Part shown: positions 10,137 to 20,363 of the stretch, piece after piece
Numbering within the stretch: position 1 is the stretch's first letter
Layout: each line of letters starts with the position of its first letter
IMG/VR virus record: IMGVR_UViG_3300024259_002152
Coordinates: 286,867 to 350,866 of that record
DNA length: 64,000 nt
Direction: 5' to 3' (one strand)
Position numbers and translations under genes: made by a program
Notes under the pieces: model-generated
Database searches by the model: none
Seen by the model: the letters and a program-made list of their open reading frames with translations, nothing else
What the model was told of the DNA's origin: nothing

Positions 10137-11877
10137 ATATTTGTATCCATATCAAGAATTGCTTATTGAAAAAAGTTTAGACCCATCTATGGAAAAAGGC
10201 AGAATAATATTACCTACTGCTTCTGGTAAGGGTGTTATTTGCAGAGATATCATACGCAGAATGATTATATCTTCTGAAAATAAACTCAATCAGTTTCTGG
10301 GGGCTATTTTCACTCCTCGTCTTCTTTTAAATAAACAGTGGACAAATGATTGTAGGGAATATTTTGAAAAAATAGATAGACCTTATAATTTTGCTCTTGT
10401 TGGTTCTTTAGGATTTAATAAGGAAGAAGCGATATCTATTGAAGAGGCGTTATATTTCATATCAGGAGTTGGGGTTGATGCTCCCTGTCATGCTAAAACA
10501 GCTAAAGATTTAAAAGAGTTTGTAGAAAGCAACAGGACAAAAGGTGTTAATACAATTGTAATTTCTACTTATCACTCTAATAGAATTGTTAGAGCCTCAG
10601 GACTGGTTTTTGATTGTGCTGTGTATGATGAAGCTCACTACCTGCCTGGCAGAGAGCCTCAGGCAGGAGCTACAAGAGCTATTGATGAATTGTTTGAAGC
10701 AACAGAAGTGTTAACAAAGAAAAAAATATTTACTACTGCTACAGAAAAACTTGGAGATGATCTGTTTGATATTGAAGAGGATAATATAGAGTATAATGGC
10801 AGAGGTATGGAAAATGAAGATATTTATGGTGCTGAGATATTTGGATGGATAGATAAAAAAACAGGACGACATAGACGTGTTTCTCCAAGAGATTTAATTG
10901 AATTCGGCTCAATATTGGAACCTAGAGTTTATGTTATTACAGATAATGACATAGACAAATATGAGCTTGATAGTCTTAGCGATGTTCCTAAAATAACTCC
11001 TGATCAGCCTCTGGGGCAACGTCAGGCAGAAGAAGTAGCTAAGGTTACTTTTATATCTTTTGAGGGCCATAAAAAAGAACTTAAAAAAGAGTCTGATTTT
11101 CCTGAGAAAATTGGGGCTAAGATGATGGTTGTTTGTGATGGTTTTAAAGAACTCGAGGGAATTAGAAACTCAAAAGAACTGCAAAATTTTAGGAGTAAAA
11201 ATCCTAAGGTGAAATTATATTTTATTAGTTCTGATTCTGATGGAGGCATATATATTCATGGGCAAGAAAAACAAAATTACAGTAATAAATCTAAAAAAGA
11301 TTTTTTAGATGCTCTGAATAATTTGAGTTCTGAAGAAGATGCTATAATTTACCATATTGATATCCTTACTTGCGGAATTGATGTCCCTTCATTAACAGGT
11401 GTTTTATTCTTTAAAGAATGCAAGTTAATAAAATTGCTTCAAAATATAGGTAGGGGTTCAAGACTTCATATCGAAGATAGAATAAGATGGGAAAATGGAG
11501 AGATCGAACCTGGAGGAAAAGGGTATATTAAACCTAGTTTTCATGTTTTACTCCCAATACTCAAACAGGACACTGAAGATTTTGTTAATAAATTTGTCAA
11601 AATAATAAATAGAATGAGGGATAATTATGGTTTTAAGGCTTATGAATTCTTACATATTGGGGCCACCAAAGAGCCTGGTGGAAAAGTGCCTATTGAAATT
11701 GCTGGACTAAAAACTCCTTTAAGTCAACTGAAAGATAAAGCTGGTAGAGTCTATTATGAGTGGATAGAAGATAAAAGGATTAAAAGAGAAGAAAGAAAAA
11801 TACAGGAAGAGATAGATAATCTTAAAAGATGGGTAGAGAATGGAGAATGGGATAAAATTGCAGAATATAAGAAATAA
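10123..11877 (+). CDS. SF2 helicase/ATPase (restriction-type)
   Basis: PTASGKG, DEAH, TAT, GIDVP, QNIGRGSR. Confidence 0.88.
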   Translation: MMKNRYLYPYQELLIEKSLDPSMEKGRIILPTASGKGVICRDIIRRMIISSENKLNQFLGAIFTPRLLLNKQWTNDCREYFEKIDRPYNFALVGSLGFNKEEAISIEEALYFISGVGVDAPCHAKTAKDLKEFVESNRTKGVNTIVISTYHSNRIVRASGLVFDCAVYDEAHYLPGREPQAGATRAIDELFEATEVLTKKKIFTTATEKLGDDLFDIEEDNIEYNGRGMENEDIYGAEIFGWIDKKTGRHRRVSPRDLIEFGSILEPRVYVITDNDIDKYELDSLSDVPKITPDQPLGQRQAEEVAKVTFISFEGHKKELKKESDFPEKIGAKMMVVCDGFKELEGIRNSKELQNFRSKNPKVKLYFISSDSDGGIYIHGQEKQNYSNKSKKDFLDALNNLSSEEDAIIYHIDILTCGIDVPSLTGVLFFKECKLIKLLQNIGRGSRLHIEDRIRWENGEIEPGGKGYIKPSFHVLLPILKQDTEDFVNKFVKIINRMRDNYGFKAYEFLHIGATKEPGGKVPIEIAGLKTPLSQLKDKAGRVYYEWIEDKRIKREERKIQEEIDNLKRWVENGEWDKIAEYKK

Positions 11878-11945
11878 CTCTTTCCAGGCGATGAGATTTT
11901 CAGTTTAGTAAAGTGTAAATGATGTTATAAATATAAGGAAGCAAG

Positions 11946-13133
11946 ATGGAGCTTACTGAAAAGTTAAAGAAAGAAGCTGTAAGGGGACTTATTAAAGAGA
12001 TATGCAAAGAAGATGGCTCTATACAAAATGTCCATACTCCTTATTCTCTTTGTGAAGATATAATAGAAAAGGCAGTTGATTATATTGAAGATTTAGAGAA
12101 TAAAAGTATTCTTGTTATGTTTAACCTTGAATTTATTGATAGTCTTATTGACTTGGGTATAGATCCTAAGAATATAACTTTTATGTCAGATTCAGAACAA
12201 AGAAGAGGTTTGGCAGAAAATTTTTATGAAGTTGAAGCTATTGAATTTAAATTATCAGATTTAAATGGAGATAATATAATGGGTAAACAATTCGACCATG
12301 TGATTGGTAATCCTCCTTATCATAAAAAAGGAAATGAAAAAGACACAAAGACGCAAGCGATATGGCCATCATTTGTTGATTTGTCTTTACAGTATTGTAA
12401 GGATGATGGGCATTTGTGTTTTGTGCATCCATCAGGGTGGAGAGGAAATGGAATGTATAAAAAAATAGGTAGGTTGATGAAATCAAAGCAGATAGAATAT
12501 TTAGAAATTCATGATGAAAAAGATGGGATGAAAGTATTCGATGCTGAGACAAGATATGATTGGTATGTTTTGCAAAATAAATATAATGAAGATGTTACCG
12601 AAATTAAAGACCAAATAGGGAAAATCTCTAAAATAAATATAAGAGACATGGAGATAATTCCTAATTTTAACATTATAGATGTTCAGAATCTCATTGCTAA
12701 AGATGGGGAGGAAAAGGTTACCGTTCTGTCAGATTCTACATATCATACTCAATCTGGTGTTAAAAAAGGGTTTATGAGCGAAACAGAAACAAAGACACAT
12801 AAATATCCGTGTGTGTATGTGGTTAACTCTGTGGGAGAAATGCAATTATGGTATTCTTCTGTAAAAAAAGGACATTTTGGGACAACCAAGCTTATATTTT
12901 CTAATGGCAGAATATCTTCTGCTAATTATTTTGTAGATCAAAATGGAGAATACGGTTTGACTCAATTTTCTTATGGGATTATAGACAGTATCGAGAATTT
13001 GAGAGATATATATAAAGCAATGAGAACTAAAGAATTTAAAAATTTAATGGAGGCATGTTCGATAGGAATGCTTACTATTAATAAAGATGTTTTAAAAACA
13101 TTCCGTAAAGATTTTTGGAAGGAGTTTGTATAA
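11946..13133 (+). CDS. N6-adenine methyltransferase, catalytic/TRD part (Eco57I-like)
   Basis: FDHVIGNPPY, FVHPSGW; no DPxxGxG motif I. Confidence 0.8.
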   Translation: MELTEKLKKEAVRGLIKEICKEDGSIQNVHTPYSLCEDIIEKAVDYIEDLENKSILVMFNLEFIDSLIDLGIDPKNITFMSDSEQRRGLAENFYEVEAIEFKLSDLNGDNIMGKQFDHVIGNPPYHKKGNEKDTKTQAIWPSFVDLSLQYCKDDGHLCFVHPSGWRGNGMYKKIGRLMKSKQIEYLEIHDEKDGMKVFDAETRYDWYVLQNKYNEDVTEIKDQIGKISKINIRDMEIIPNFNIIDVQNLIAKDGEEKVTVLSDSTYHTQSGVKKGFMSETETKTHKYPCVYVVNSVGEMQLWYSSVKKGHFGTTKLIFSNGRISSANYFVDQNGEYGLTQFSYGIIDSIENLRDIYKAMRTKEFKNLMEACSIGMLTINKDVLKTFRKDFWKEFV

Positions 13134-13738
13134 TGGTGAAAGAAATAACAAATACAGAACAAGTTTTAAAGAATGAGGAAAGAAGAAAAAAAGAGCAGAA
13201 GCAAACCGCAGAAGTATTCACACCTGATTCATTAGTGAATGAAATGTTAGATAAATTGCCTGAGGAATCGTGGAAAGAGAGGAAAACTTTTATAGACCCT
13301 GCTTGTGGTAATGGTAATTTTTTAGTTCATATATTAAATAGAAAATTAAAAAGAGGCCATGATTCAGTTGGAGCTTTAAAATCTATTTATGGGCTTGATA
13401 TTGAACAGAGTAATATTTTTGAATGTAGATTAAGACTTTTAAAAATTGTTAGTTTGCAAGAAGAACTAACTGAAGAACATCTTAAAGCAGTTACTATAAA
13501 TATTAAATATTTAAATAGTAAAAAGTGGCCTAATGGTTCTCTTGACTATGATATGGAATTTAGAAATAATGCTAATCTTCAAACTATTAAAGAATGGTTA
13601 GAAGATATTAAAAAAAATGGTCTCGATCATGTGGCTATACCTGATAATATTGAATACACTATCGCAACCCCAGCTTTGGAAAATGGGAAAATATCAAACA
13701 GGAATGTAGAAAGTATTGATATGTTTGGAGATGATTAA
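13133..13738 (+). CDS. N6-adenine methyltransferase, SAM-binding part
   Basis: AEVFTP, DPACGNGNF, IYGLDI; no NPPY. Confidence 0.82.
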   Translation: MVKEITNTEQVLKNEERRKKEQKQTAEVFTPDSLVNEMLDKLPEESWKERKTFIDPACGNGNFLVHILNRKLKRGHDSVGALKSIYGLDIEQSNIFECRLRLLKIVSLQEELTEEHLKAVTINIKYLNSKKWPNGSLDYDMEFRNNANLQTIKEWLEDIKKNGLDHVAIPDNIEYTIATPALENGKISNRNVESIDMFGDD

Positions 13739-13829
13739 AAATTCCAGACAACGCTTTTCTTAAAATAGTAGCATAGAAAGTGTGTTTTTCAACTAGAACA
13801 GTGTTTTTTAAAGAAACGAAGGCGCAAAA

Positions 13830-14150
13830 ATGGCATTAGAAGTTACAATTATTCCCATCAAATGGCAAAAATTAGATGACAATATCCCTACTCTTAACTG
13901 TCCTGTTTGTGGAAAAGAGTGGGAACAAGAAGGAGGATATCCAGTAACTCCTTGTGAGCATCTAAAGTTTCGTTATCTAGAGGGAATTAATGTTGAATAC
14001 TTCGGAGACTGGGATCATAACAATTTTGATTTGGATGAAGTTTTGAAGGGCAAAATAACTGATCAGATTAGTGTTATATATCTATTTGAAGGGACCTCTA
14101 TGTCTTGCGGTCCCGTTTTTACGAGTATTTACTATGGCGTAAAAGAGTAA
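13830..14150 (+). CDS. hypothetical protein (CxxC...CxH)
   Basis: ORF between two TTCCAGACAA motifs. Confidence 0.7.
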   Translation: MALEVTIIPIKWQKLDDNIPTLNCPVCGKEWEQEGGYPVTPCEHLKFRYLEGINVEYFGDWDHNNFDLDEVLKGKITDQISVIYLFEGTSMSCGPVFTSIYYGVKE

Positions 14151-14196
14151 TATTTCGTAAAAATTCCAGACAACGCTTTTTTCAGGGTTGTAAGAT

Positions 14197-14409
14197 ATGA
14201 AAAAGTTAATTGAAGCATTACAAATATTGTTGAAATATGGTAATCCTGCTTATCCTACTCATTGCGAACATGATGTATTGATTATTTGTGGAATAGAACC
14301 TAAGAATGTCTCTCAAGAAGATATTGAGAAATTGGGTGAATTAGGATTTATTATTAGTAAAGAATACGGGACCGAGTCTTTCAGTTCATTTCGATATGGA
14401 TCTGCATAA
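14197..14409 (+). CDS. hypothetical protein
   Basis: ORF between two TTCCAGACAA motifs. Confidence 0.7.
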   Translation: MKKLIEALQILLKYGNPAYPTHCEHDVLIICGIEPKNVSQEDIEKLGELGFIISKEYGTESFSSFRYGSA

Positions 14410-14501
14410 AATTCCAGACAACGCTTTTCTCAGAATTATAGCATAGAAAGTGTGTTTTTTTAACAATAGAGTGGTTTTTAACAAGAAACGGAGATGTAGC
14501 G

Positions 14502-14957
14502 ATGAACGATGCAAAAAAGAAGTCGATTTTGGACAAGTATGAGAGTTGGGAAAGTGTTCCTGCCGCTATTAAGGCATGGATTACTACGGATGCCATAAAA
14601 GAGGGTAAAAACCCTGTTATGGTTCGGGCTGGCTACAAAGCAGCATTCAAGAGAATCCAGAACAATACCACTTTTACCATCGTGAGAGAAGATGGTGGGT
14701 ATCTGGGCGGCTGTGTGAGTTCGATTCCTCTTCATCATGTCATTAAGGCAAGAAGTGAACAGATGCTCACGGACAAGATTGGAAGAATCTATGAGGACAT
14801 CCTGGAAGGTAGTAATAAGGATTCCAAGGGATATTGGAAGGCAATGTCTTTGAAAAAAGAGAATATTACTTCTCTAGTCGAAGATTTAGAAGCTATTACT
14901 GTTGATGGTGTCGAACTCCAAATCATCAGCGATCCTGAGCATGTAGAGATCCTCTAA
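14502..14957 (+). CDS. hypothetical protein
   Basis: GGAG RBS; terminator downstream. Confidence 0.7.
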   Translation: MNDAKKKSILDKYESWESVPAAIKAWITTDAIKEGKNPVMVRAGYKAAFKRIQNNTTFTIVREDGGYLGGCVSSIPLHHVIKARSEQMLTDKIGRIYEDILEGSNKDSKGYWKAMSLKKENITSLVEDLEAITVDGVELQIISDPEHVEIL

Positions 14958-15023
14958 CGTATAAGAGAATATGGATCAGCGTCTTAAACAACTATAAAAA
15001 TAAAGTAGACGCTACCCTAGATC

Positions 15024-15055
15024 AAAGGCACAAGCTAATAACTTGTGCCTTTTTT
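15024..15055 (+). terminator. intrinsic terminator
   Basis: AAAGGCACAAG/CTTGTGCCTTT hairpin plus T tract. Confidence 0.8.
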
Positions 15056-15123
15056 CATTTTTCCAGACAACGCTTTTCTCAAAGTTGTATAATAAATGTG
15101 CTAATAAAGGTTGATAGAAAAGT

Positions 15124-15375
15124 ATGGAACAAAGTTATTTTTTAAGTAAATTAAAGACTCATATAGATAGAACGGCCAATGCTCATGACCCTCAAATCAC
15201 CGCCAATGCTATTTATTTTATAACTAAACAATATCCTGTAAGTGTAATCAGCAAAGAAGCTTACAGAGAAACCCTTAAGAAGATAAGAACTCATTTAGTA
15301 GAGAATTTTGGGTGGAAGATGACTGAGGTTCATAGATGTGTTTGTATCCTACATAGATTGATGAAAATATTTTAA
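15124..15375 (+). CDS. hypothetical protein
   Basis: ORF after motif. Confidence 0.65.
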   Translation: MEQSYFLSKLKTHIDRTANAHDPQITANAIYFITKQYPVSVISKEAYRETLKKIRTHLVENFGWKMTEVHRCVCILHRLMKIF

Positions 15376-15384
15376 AAAAACATC

Positions 15385-15413
15385 TTGACATGAAAGTGGA
15401 AGAAGGGTAAAAT
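15385..15413 (+). promoter_or_regulatory. sigma70-type promoter
   Basis: TTGACA-17-TAAAAT; ATG 7 nt downstream (possibly leaderless). Confidence 0.7.
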
Positions 15414-15420
15414 AGACATT

Positions 15421-15657
15421 ATGACATGGAAATCTATAAAAGGTGTAAAACCCCCTTCTTTGAAAAGAGTATGGATATCCTATTATATAGATGGGATTTT
15501 AACTAAACAATATCAAACTTATGCTAAAGCTGTAGGAAAAGATCCTCATGGAGATATTTTTTGGCATGATTTTATGACTGGCAAAGTTCTTGATAATAGT
15601 AGAATTACAGTGTCTCATTGGATGGCAATTCCTGATAATCCAATTCTTAATTTATGA
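15421..15657 (+). CDS. hypothetical protein (DUF551-like)
   Basis: MTWKS...VSHWMAIP pattern. Confidence 0.65.
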   Translation: MTWKSIKGVKPPSLKRVWISYYIDGILTKQYQTYAKAVGKDPHGDIFWHDFMTGKVLDNSRITVSHWMAIPDNPILNL

Positions 15658-15704
15658 TGATTAGTAGTCGTAACTCACAATATTTTTTTGAAAGGTTTGG
15701 TATC

Positions 15705-16988
15705 ATGGCGAAGAGTAGTAAATCACGTAGGAAAAAAGGCGGGTCTGCCCCTGTAACTCCTAGGCAGACAATTGTTCACGAAATCTCTCAAGCAACTAAT
15801 GAGACAATCGTTCCCGAAAAAATGAGAACCCCAAAAATCTCTCATTTTTTTATCGATGTCGTGAAGAAAGTTCAAAAAGGGGTGGCTTATTATTCGGGGG
15901 ATATGAGTTTGGCTGAGTTAGCAGCTTTGACTCATGTGGATAATTACGATGGGGAGTGTGCGGATGTGGCAGGTAAGGGTCAAAGAGCATTGTGCGAAAC
16001 GAGAGGTAAGCAATTTATGAATTTTATTGCTGACCGAGACAATCTATGTTTTATGGAGATCCTTCTTAATGAACGTGAAAAAGAGATAACATTCACGTCT
16101 CTAAAACAAATGGGAATTTCTGTTCCTCAATATGACAAATTGTCAGCTATGCATGGGGTTCTTGAGATTCCTATTTCTGTTAGATTGTATGTCTATGATG
16201 GGCAAACAAGACGGTTTGGTTATTTAAGTTTGCTTCATTTTGATCTAGACATGTTGGGAACAGATGCTTATAAGAGTTTTAAACATATGAGAGTTCCTTT
16301 CTGTTTATGTCAGGTATCTGCTGGTCAAGAAACAACTTTGTTTCTTCATCACAATAAGCAAACTTCAGTGCCTAATGATCATAAGGCAATGGTTTCTTGG
16401 CATGCAAATAAATCATCAAGTCAGGTAAAGACTGATAGTTATTCCGAGAAAACACGTTCCGTCATTGCTGGTATGACATTCATGATGGATAGAGATAGAA
16501 CTAATCCATGGTATGGAAGAATTGGTATGCCCGATCTTCCTAAGGAAGAAAATAAGCTACGCTTGGGAACACAGGGCAGCTTTAATACAGGACTGAAACG
16601 TTTTGTTGGATGGTTGAATAACCAATATTGGAGTCCTGAAACTTCTTACGAGGAAAAGAGTCAGGACTTGAAAGAAATATGCACCGTATTCTGGAGATCA
16701 GTGCAAAAAGTTTGCCCCAAGATATGGAGAACTCCTGAAGATTATATTCAGTTAAAATCTTTTGGAATTGCAACTTTAAGTTTGCTGATGCATACTCTGT
16801 ATATCGATTTTTTCGATAGAGATATCGAATGGACTATTGATAACATTCATAAGCATTTGAAGAAGAGTAAAATTATTACAACTCCTAAAATGTGGGAATG
16901 TGGCGGAGAACTCTCCAAAAGGGGAGGTAATTACAAATCTCTTCAATCTCTTGAGCGGGATATATATGACCAGATCAGAAGGAATTAG
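15705..16988 (+). CDS. DGQHR-domain (DndB/ParB-like) protein
   Basis: GQR, YVYDGQTRR, LFLHHNKQTSVP. Confidence 0.75.
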   Translation: MAKSSKSRRKKGGSAPVTPRQTIVHEISQATNETIVPEKMRTPKISHFFIDVVKKVQKGVAYYSGDMSLAELAALTHVDNYDGECADVAGKGQRALCETRGKQFMNFIADRDNLCFMEILLNEREKEITFTSLKQMGISVPQYDKLSAMHGVLEIPISVRLYVYDGQTRRFGYLSLLHFDLDMLGTDAYKSFKHMRVPFCLCQVSAGQETTLFLHHNKQTSVPNDHKAMVSWHANKSSSQVKTDSYSEKTRSVIAGMTFMMDRDRTNPWYGRIGMPDLPKEENKLRLGTQGSFNTGLKRFVGWLNNQYWSPETSYEEKSQDLKEICTVFWRSVQKVCPKIWRTPEDYIQLKSFGIATLSLLMHTLYIDFFDRDIEWTIDNIHKHLKKSKIITTPKMWECGGELSKRGGNYKSLQSLERDIYDQIRRN

Positions 16989-16995
16989 AAGCTAC

Positions 16996-17029
16996 GGGGA
17001 GTGGTTAATATCCACTCCCCTTCTTTTTT
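16996..17029 (+). terminator. intrinsic terminator
   Basis: GGGGAGTGG/CCACTCCCC plus T tract. Confidence 0.75.
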
Positions 17030-17196
17030 CCAGACAATGAGTTTCTCAAAATGGTGATATATAAATGTTAATTCTGATAAACTTATTTTCGAGGAGATAA
17101 AGATGCCAAGAAATCGGACAATCTTATGGGAGCAATAACAGATCGTCTTGATGGTGTTCCTTCTATTTTTAATGAATTTGAATTGGAAAAAAAGTA

Positions 17197-17514
17197 ATGG
17201 TAGAGCCAATTAAACCTAGAGAACTCACATCGTTACCTAATCAAGTTCGATTATTGCCTAATGAAGTCATAGAAGCTTTTAATGAGTTAATAGTGGAAAA
17301 GTGGGATGGCAGTTCTTCTGTTATTTTGCAAATTGAGGCAATATCAAAAATTTTAAGAAAATTTAAATTTCAAGGGCTTACTAGGCAACAAATATTTAGA
17401 AGAAGATATCTGGAGATAGAGGGCATTTTTAGAAAAGTGGGTTGGAAAGTAACTTATAGTAGACCCTCTCATAGTCAAGATCCTTTTGAACCATTTTTCA
17501 AGTTTGAAAAGTAA
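17197..17514 (+). CDS. hypothetical protein
   Basis: 105 aa ORF. Confidence 0.7.
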   Translation: MVEPIKPRELTSLPNQVRLLPNEVIEAFNELIVEKWDGSSSVILQIEAISKILRKFKFQGLTRQQIFRRRYLEIEGIFRKVGWKVTYSRPSHSQDPFEPFFKFEK

Positions 17515-17569
17515 GTAAAAAAGTTATGAATTGGAAATACGAAGTAAAACTGAATGGTAGGAGAATATA

Positions 17570-17929
17570 ATGTTATTGTCTAGTAAGATAAGATGGTCGA
17601 TGCTATCTGTATTGGCTTTTGTTGTTGGTATAATAATCACTGTCCAATGGATAGGAACAGAGCATGGGATGAGAGTATGGGACTTATTTAAAAGACCTGA
17701 TGTGGTAGAAAAGATTGTAGAAGTAGAAACTATAAAAGTTATAACTATCTCCGATGACTCAACAATACAAATCATTAATCAAGAGTATAGAGATGCTCTT
17801 CTACAAATTTCTGCGGTAACTTTTAATAATGATAGATATGGTGAAAATACATATAACACTATGCACCAATATGCTATAACAGCCCTGGCGATACCAAAAA
17901 CTTTGGATAGAGAAAAAAATAAAGAATAG
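17570..17929 (+). CDS. membrane-anchored hypothetical protein
   Basis: AGGAG RBS, N-terminal TM. Confidence 0.7.
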   Translation: MLLSSKIRWSMLSVLAFVVGIIITVQWIGTEHGMRVWDLFKRPDVVEKIVEVETIKVITISDDSTIQIINQEYRDALLQISAVTFNNDRYGENTYNTMHQYAITALAIPKTLDREKNKE

Positions 17930-18062
17930 TCATATCTTCTTATTCTTCATAGGGTTATAGAAATCTAATTATTTTTATTTTCTCTATTGCAAATAAAAGT
18001 AGAATACAGTATAATTGTCAAAGTGAAAGTCGGAAGTAGTAATCTTATTGAAAGGATATGTG

Positions 18063-18452
18063 ATGAGAGTTAAAGGATGGATTTTGTTGGTGCTTATAGT
18101 TTTATTGTGTTGCTTTTGTGTTTATACTTATAAACTCAGGACAGCTTTTAATGTTGATAAGCAAGATGCTCAAATAGAAGTATCTGATTATCAGTTAGAA
18201 GTTGTTCAGTATGCTCTTTCTTTATTCCCTCAAAAGGATAAAGGCGACATCTTTTTCAATTCCATAGGAAATGAATATCCTGATTTTAAGGAAGATGAAA
18301 GACTTTGCGAAATCTTGGGATATCAAAAAACTCCAGCAGAAATAGAGCAAAATAAAGCAGAACAAGAGGCAGAAGATAAAAAGGGAATTCCCGATACAAC
18401 AGTAGCTAAAGTTATGGATAACATTCTTACCATCGAAATTGAGGAGGAGTAA
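18063..18452 (+). CDS. membrane-anchored hypothetical protein
   Basis: N-terminal TM. Confidence 0.7.
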   Translation: MRVKGWILLVLIVLLCCFCVYTYKLRTAFNVDKQDAQIEVSDYQLEVVQYALSLFPQKDKGDIFFNSIGNEYPDFKEDERLCEILGYQKTPAEIEQNKAEQEAEDKKGIPDTTVAKVMDNILTIEIEEE

Positions 18453-18457
18453 TAATT

Positions 18458-19522
18458 ATGATGCTTGGTATTTCAAACAGTAGTTTCCATTATAAATATT
18501 ATGAGTTACTTCGCAAAATGTGGGCGTTGGACCCACAAGATGATCGACAATTAAGTCTTTGTGTGTATTCTCAATTTATATTCTGGATGACAATTGTAAC
18601 TACCATTTGCTCCCCTCTTATATTGATGGGATGGCTTATCTTGAAGTCAGGGAGACTATTTTATAAGGCATGTTCATGGACAAAGATAGGAAGAGTCATC
18701 ACCGATGGCTTAGATTGGTTGTGTGGTCTTGGAGATAAAATTGACGAGAGATCTAATAATATGATAAAATCTCCTGCGGTTTATCTCGTTGCTACGACAC
18801 TGCAAGTATTATGTGTTGTAATAGTTGTTTTTCTTGTTGTTCTGCTTTTAAGCATAGGAATTACAGCATTTGTGCGAATTTTTATGAATATCCCAGAATA
18901 TCTTGGAGGATTTCTTTCTTGTATAGCATTGGGTATTTTTTATATCTTTTGCGGTTTGGGATGGTGCATTTGTCAAATGTTTTCAGGTATATGGATTGGT
19001 CTGAAATGGTTAGGAATGATTGCGGTAATGTATGCCACAACTGTTATATTTGTGGCGTTTATGGTAGCTTTGGCTGCTGCTGTTACATTAGTAGTAATTA
19101 AAATATCTTTGTGTTTTGAGCGTGTGCGACAATTTTTAGGGTTTAGAATTAATGGTTTTCGTGAAGCCAGAATATCTGCCCAAAAACGTAAAACAGAATT
19201 AGAGAAGCTTCGCCAACAAAGACAAGCGGAGCTAGAAGAAATACGTAGGAAAAAAGAGATTGGGGAAATTCCTCTTACTGGTTGGGAGCAAGTCCTTGCA
19301 AGTATTGGTGAGATGTTCTGTAAATTTGGAACATGGCTCAGGAGGTCAGCGGTCAGCAAAACTACTCAAGTTAAGGGTGGCTCTGTGAAAGTTTTAGGCG
19401 TATTCGGCATTCTCTGGAATGTCGTTATATCTCTTTATCATGGAGTTTGTCCACTTCTGCAAGTTGTTGATGATAAGGATATTGATTATCAGGAATTACC
19501 ATCCACAAAGAAAGAAGCATGA
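18458..19522 (+). CDS. multi-pass membrane protein
   Basis: Several hydrophobic helices plus coiled coil. Confidence 0.8.
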   Translation: MMLGISNSSFHYKYYELLRKMWALDPQDDRQLSLCVYSQFIFWMTIVTTICSPLILMGWLILKSGRLFYKACSWTKIGRVITDGLDWLCGLGDKIDERSNNMIKSPAVYLVATTLQVLCVVIVVFLVVLLLSIGITAFVRIFMNIPEYLGGFLSCIALGIFYIFCGLGWCICQMFSGIWIGLKWLGMIAVMYATTVIFVAFMVALAAAVTLVVIKISLCFERVRQFLGFRINGFREARISAQKRKTELEKLRQQRQAELEEIRRKKEIGEIPLTGWEQVLASIGEMFCKFGTWLRRSAVSKTTQVKGGSVKVLGVFGILWNVVISLYHGVCPLLQVVDDKDIDYQELPSTKKEA

Positions 19523-19725
19523 TGGAATTGTTGCTGTTATGGCCGATACTTGGGATATTAGGATTTGCTCTATATTGTAGCAATCCTAATACTAGACCTA
19601 AAAAATGGTATCTTCTAATGATTGCTTTTTGCACTCATACTTTCTTTGGTTTAATCGGTTTATTCTATGGTTTTGTGTGTTTCTCAGGAAGAAAATATAA
19701 ACCCAGAGGAATCCGTAATGACTAG
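19519..19725 (+). CDS. small membrane protein
   Basis: ATGA overlap, two TM segments. Confidence 0.65.
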   Translation: MMELLLLWPILGILGFALYCSNPNTRPKKWYLLMIAFCTHTFFGLIGLFYGFVCFSGRKYKPRGIRND

Positions 19726-19888
19726 TTGCAAATATTGTAGTTCTAGAATAGATGACTTTGCTTTTGTGTGTCCTTTCTGCATGAGAAAACAACCCGATCA
19801 GATTGTGGTCTCGAATCTTAATAGAAAATTCGTAATATGGATAGTTATTATAGCTGTTCTTTTTGGGGTTATTGTTCTTTGTTTTTAA
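19718..19888 (+). CDS. zinc-ribbon membrane protein
   Basis: CKYC...CPFC plus C-terminal TM. Confidence 0.6.
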   Translation: MTSCKYCSSRIDDFAFVCPFCMRKQPDQIVVSNLNRKFVIWIVIIAVLFGVIVLCF

Positions 19889-19906
19889 TAAAAGGTAAAA
19901 ATAGCG

Positions 19907-20302
19907 ATGAGTAAAAGTGGTAAAATAACAATAGCTTCCTTTTTTTGTCTTACAGTGATTGCAATACTATATGGAATCGGTAGTTTCGTTCCGTCAGAGG
20001 CTGAAGCCGCAAGAAAAGACGCACCCACATGGATACTTCGAAGATCAGGTAAGATTATGGATATAGACCCTCTTTTTGGGGATTATAGTAATATTTTGGG
20101 TATTATGATCCATTTTGATAAGGAAAATTGGATTTGCGTATACGATGCAATATGGGATATCAAGCATCGAGGACCTTGGCCAAATATCGGAGAAGAAGGT
20201 TCTTTGTATACGGAAAAAGAGAGAAAGGAACGTCCTTGGAAATTGAGGTGGAAGTGGGTAGAAGGAACAGCCCCTAAAAGAATACATCTAGATGAAAACT
20301 AA
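19907..20302 (+). CDS. exported hypothetical protein (paralog 1)
   Basis: MSKSGKITI start shared with next gene. Confidence 0.7.
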   Translation: MSKSGKITIASFFCLTVIAILYGIGSFVPSEAEAARKDAPTWILRRSGKIMDIDPLFGDYSNILGIMIHFDKENWICVYDAIWDIKHRGPWPNIGEEGSLYTEKERKERPWKLRWKWVEGTAPKRIHLDEN

Positions 20303-20363
20303 ACATTGACCCGAATAACGCAATTTCTTTTTTAGAAGTTGTTAATGAAAGGTAGAAATAGCG

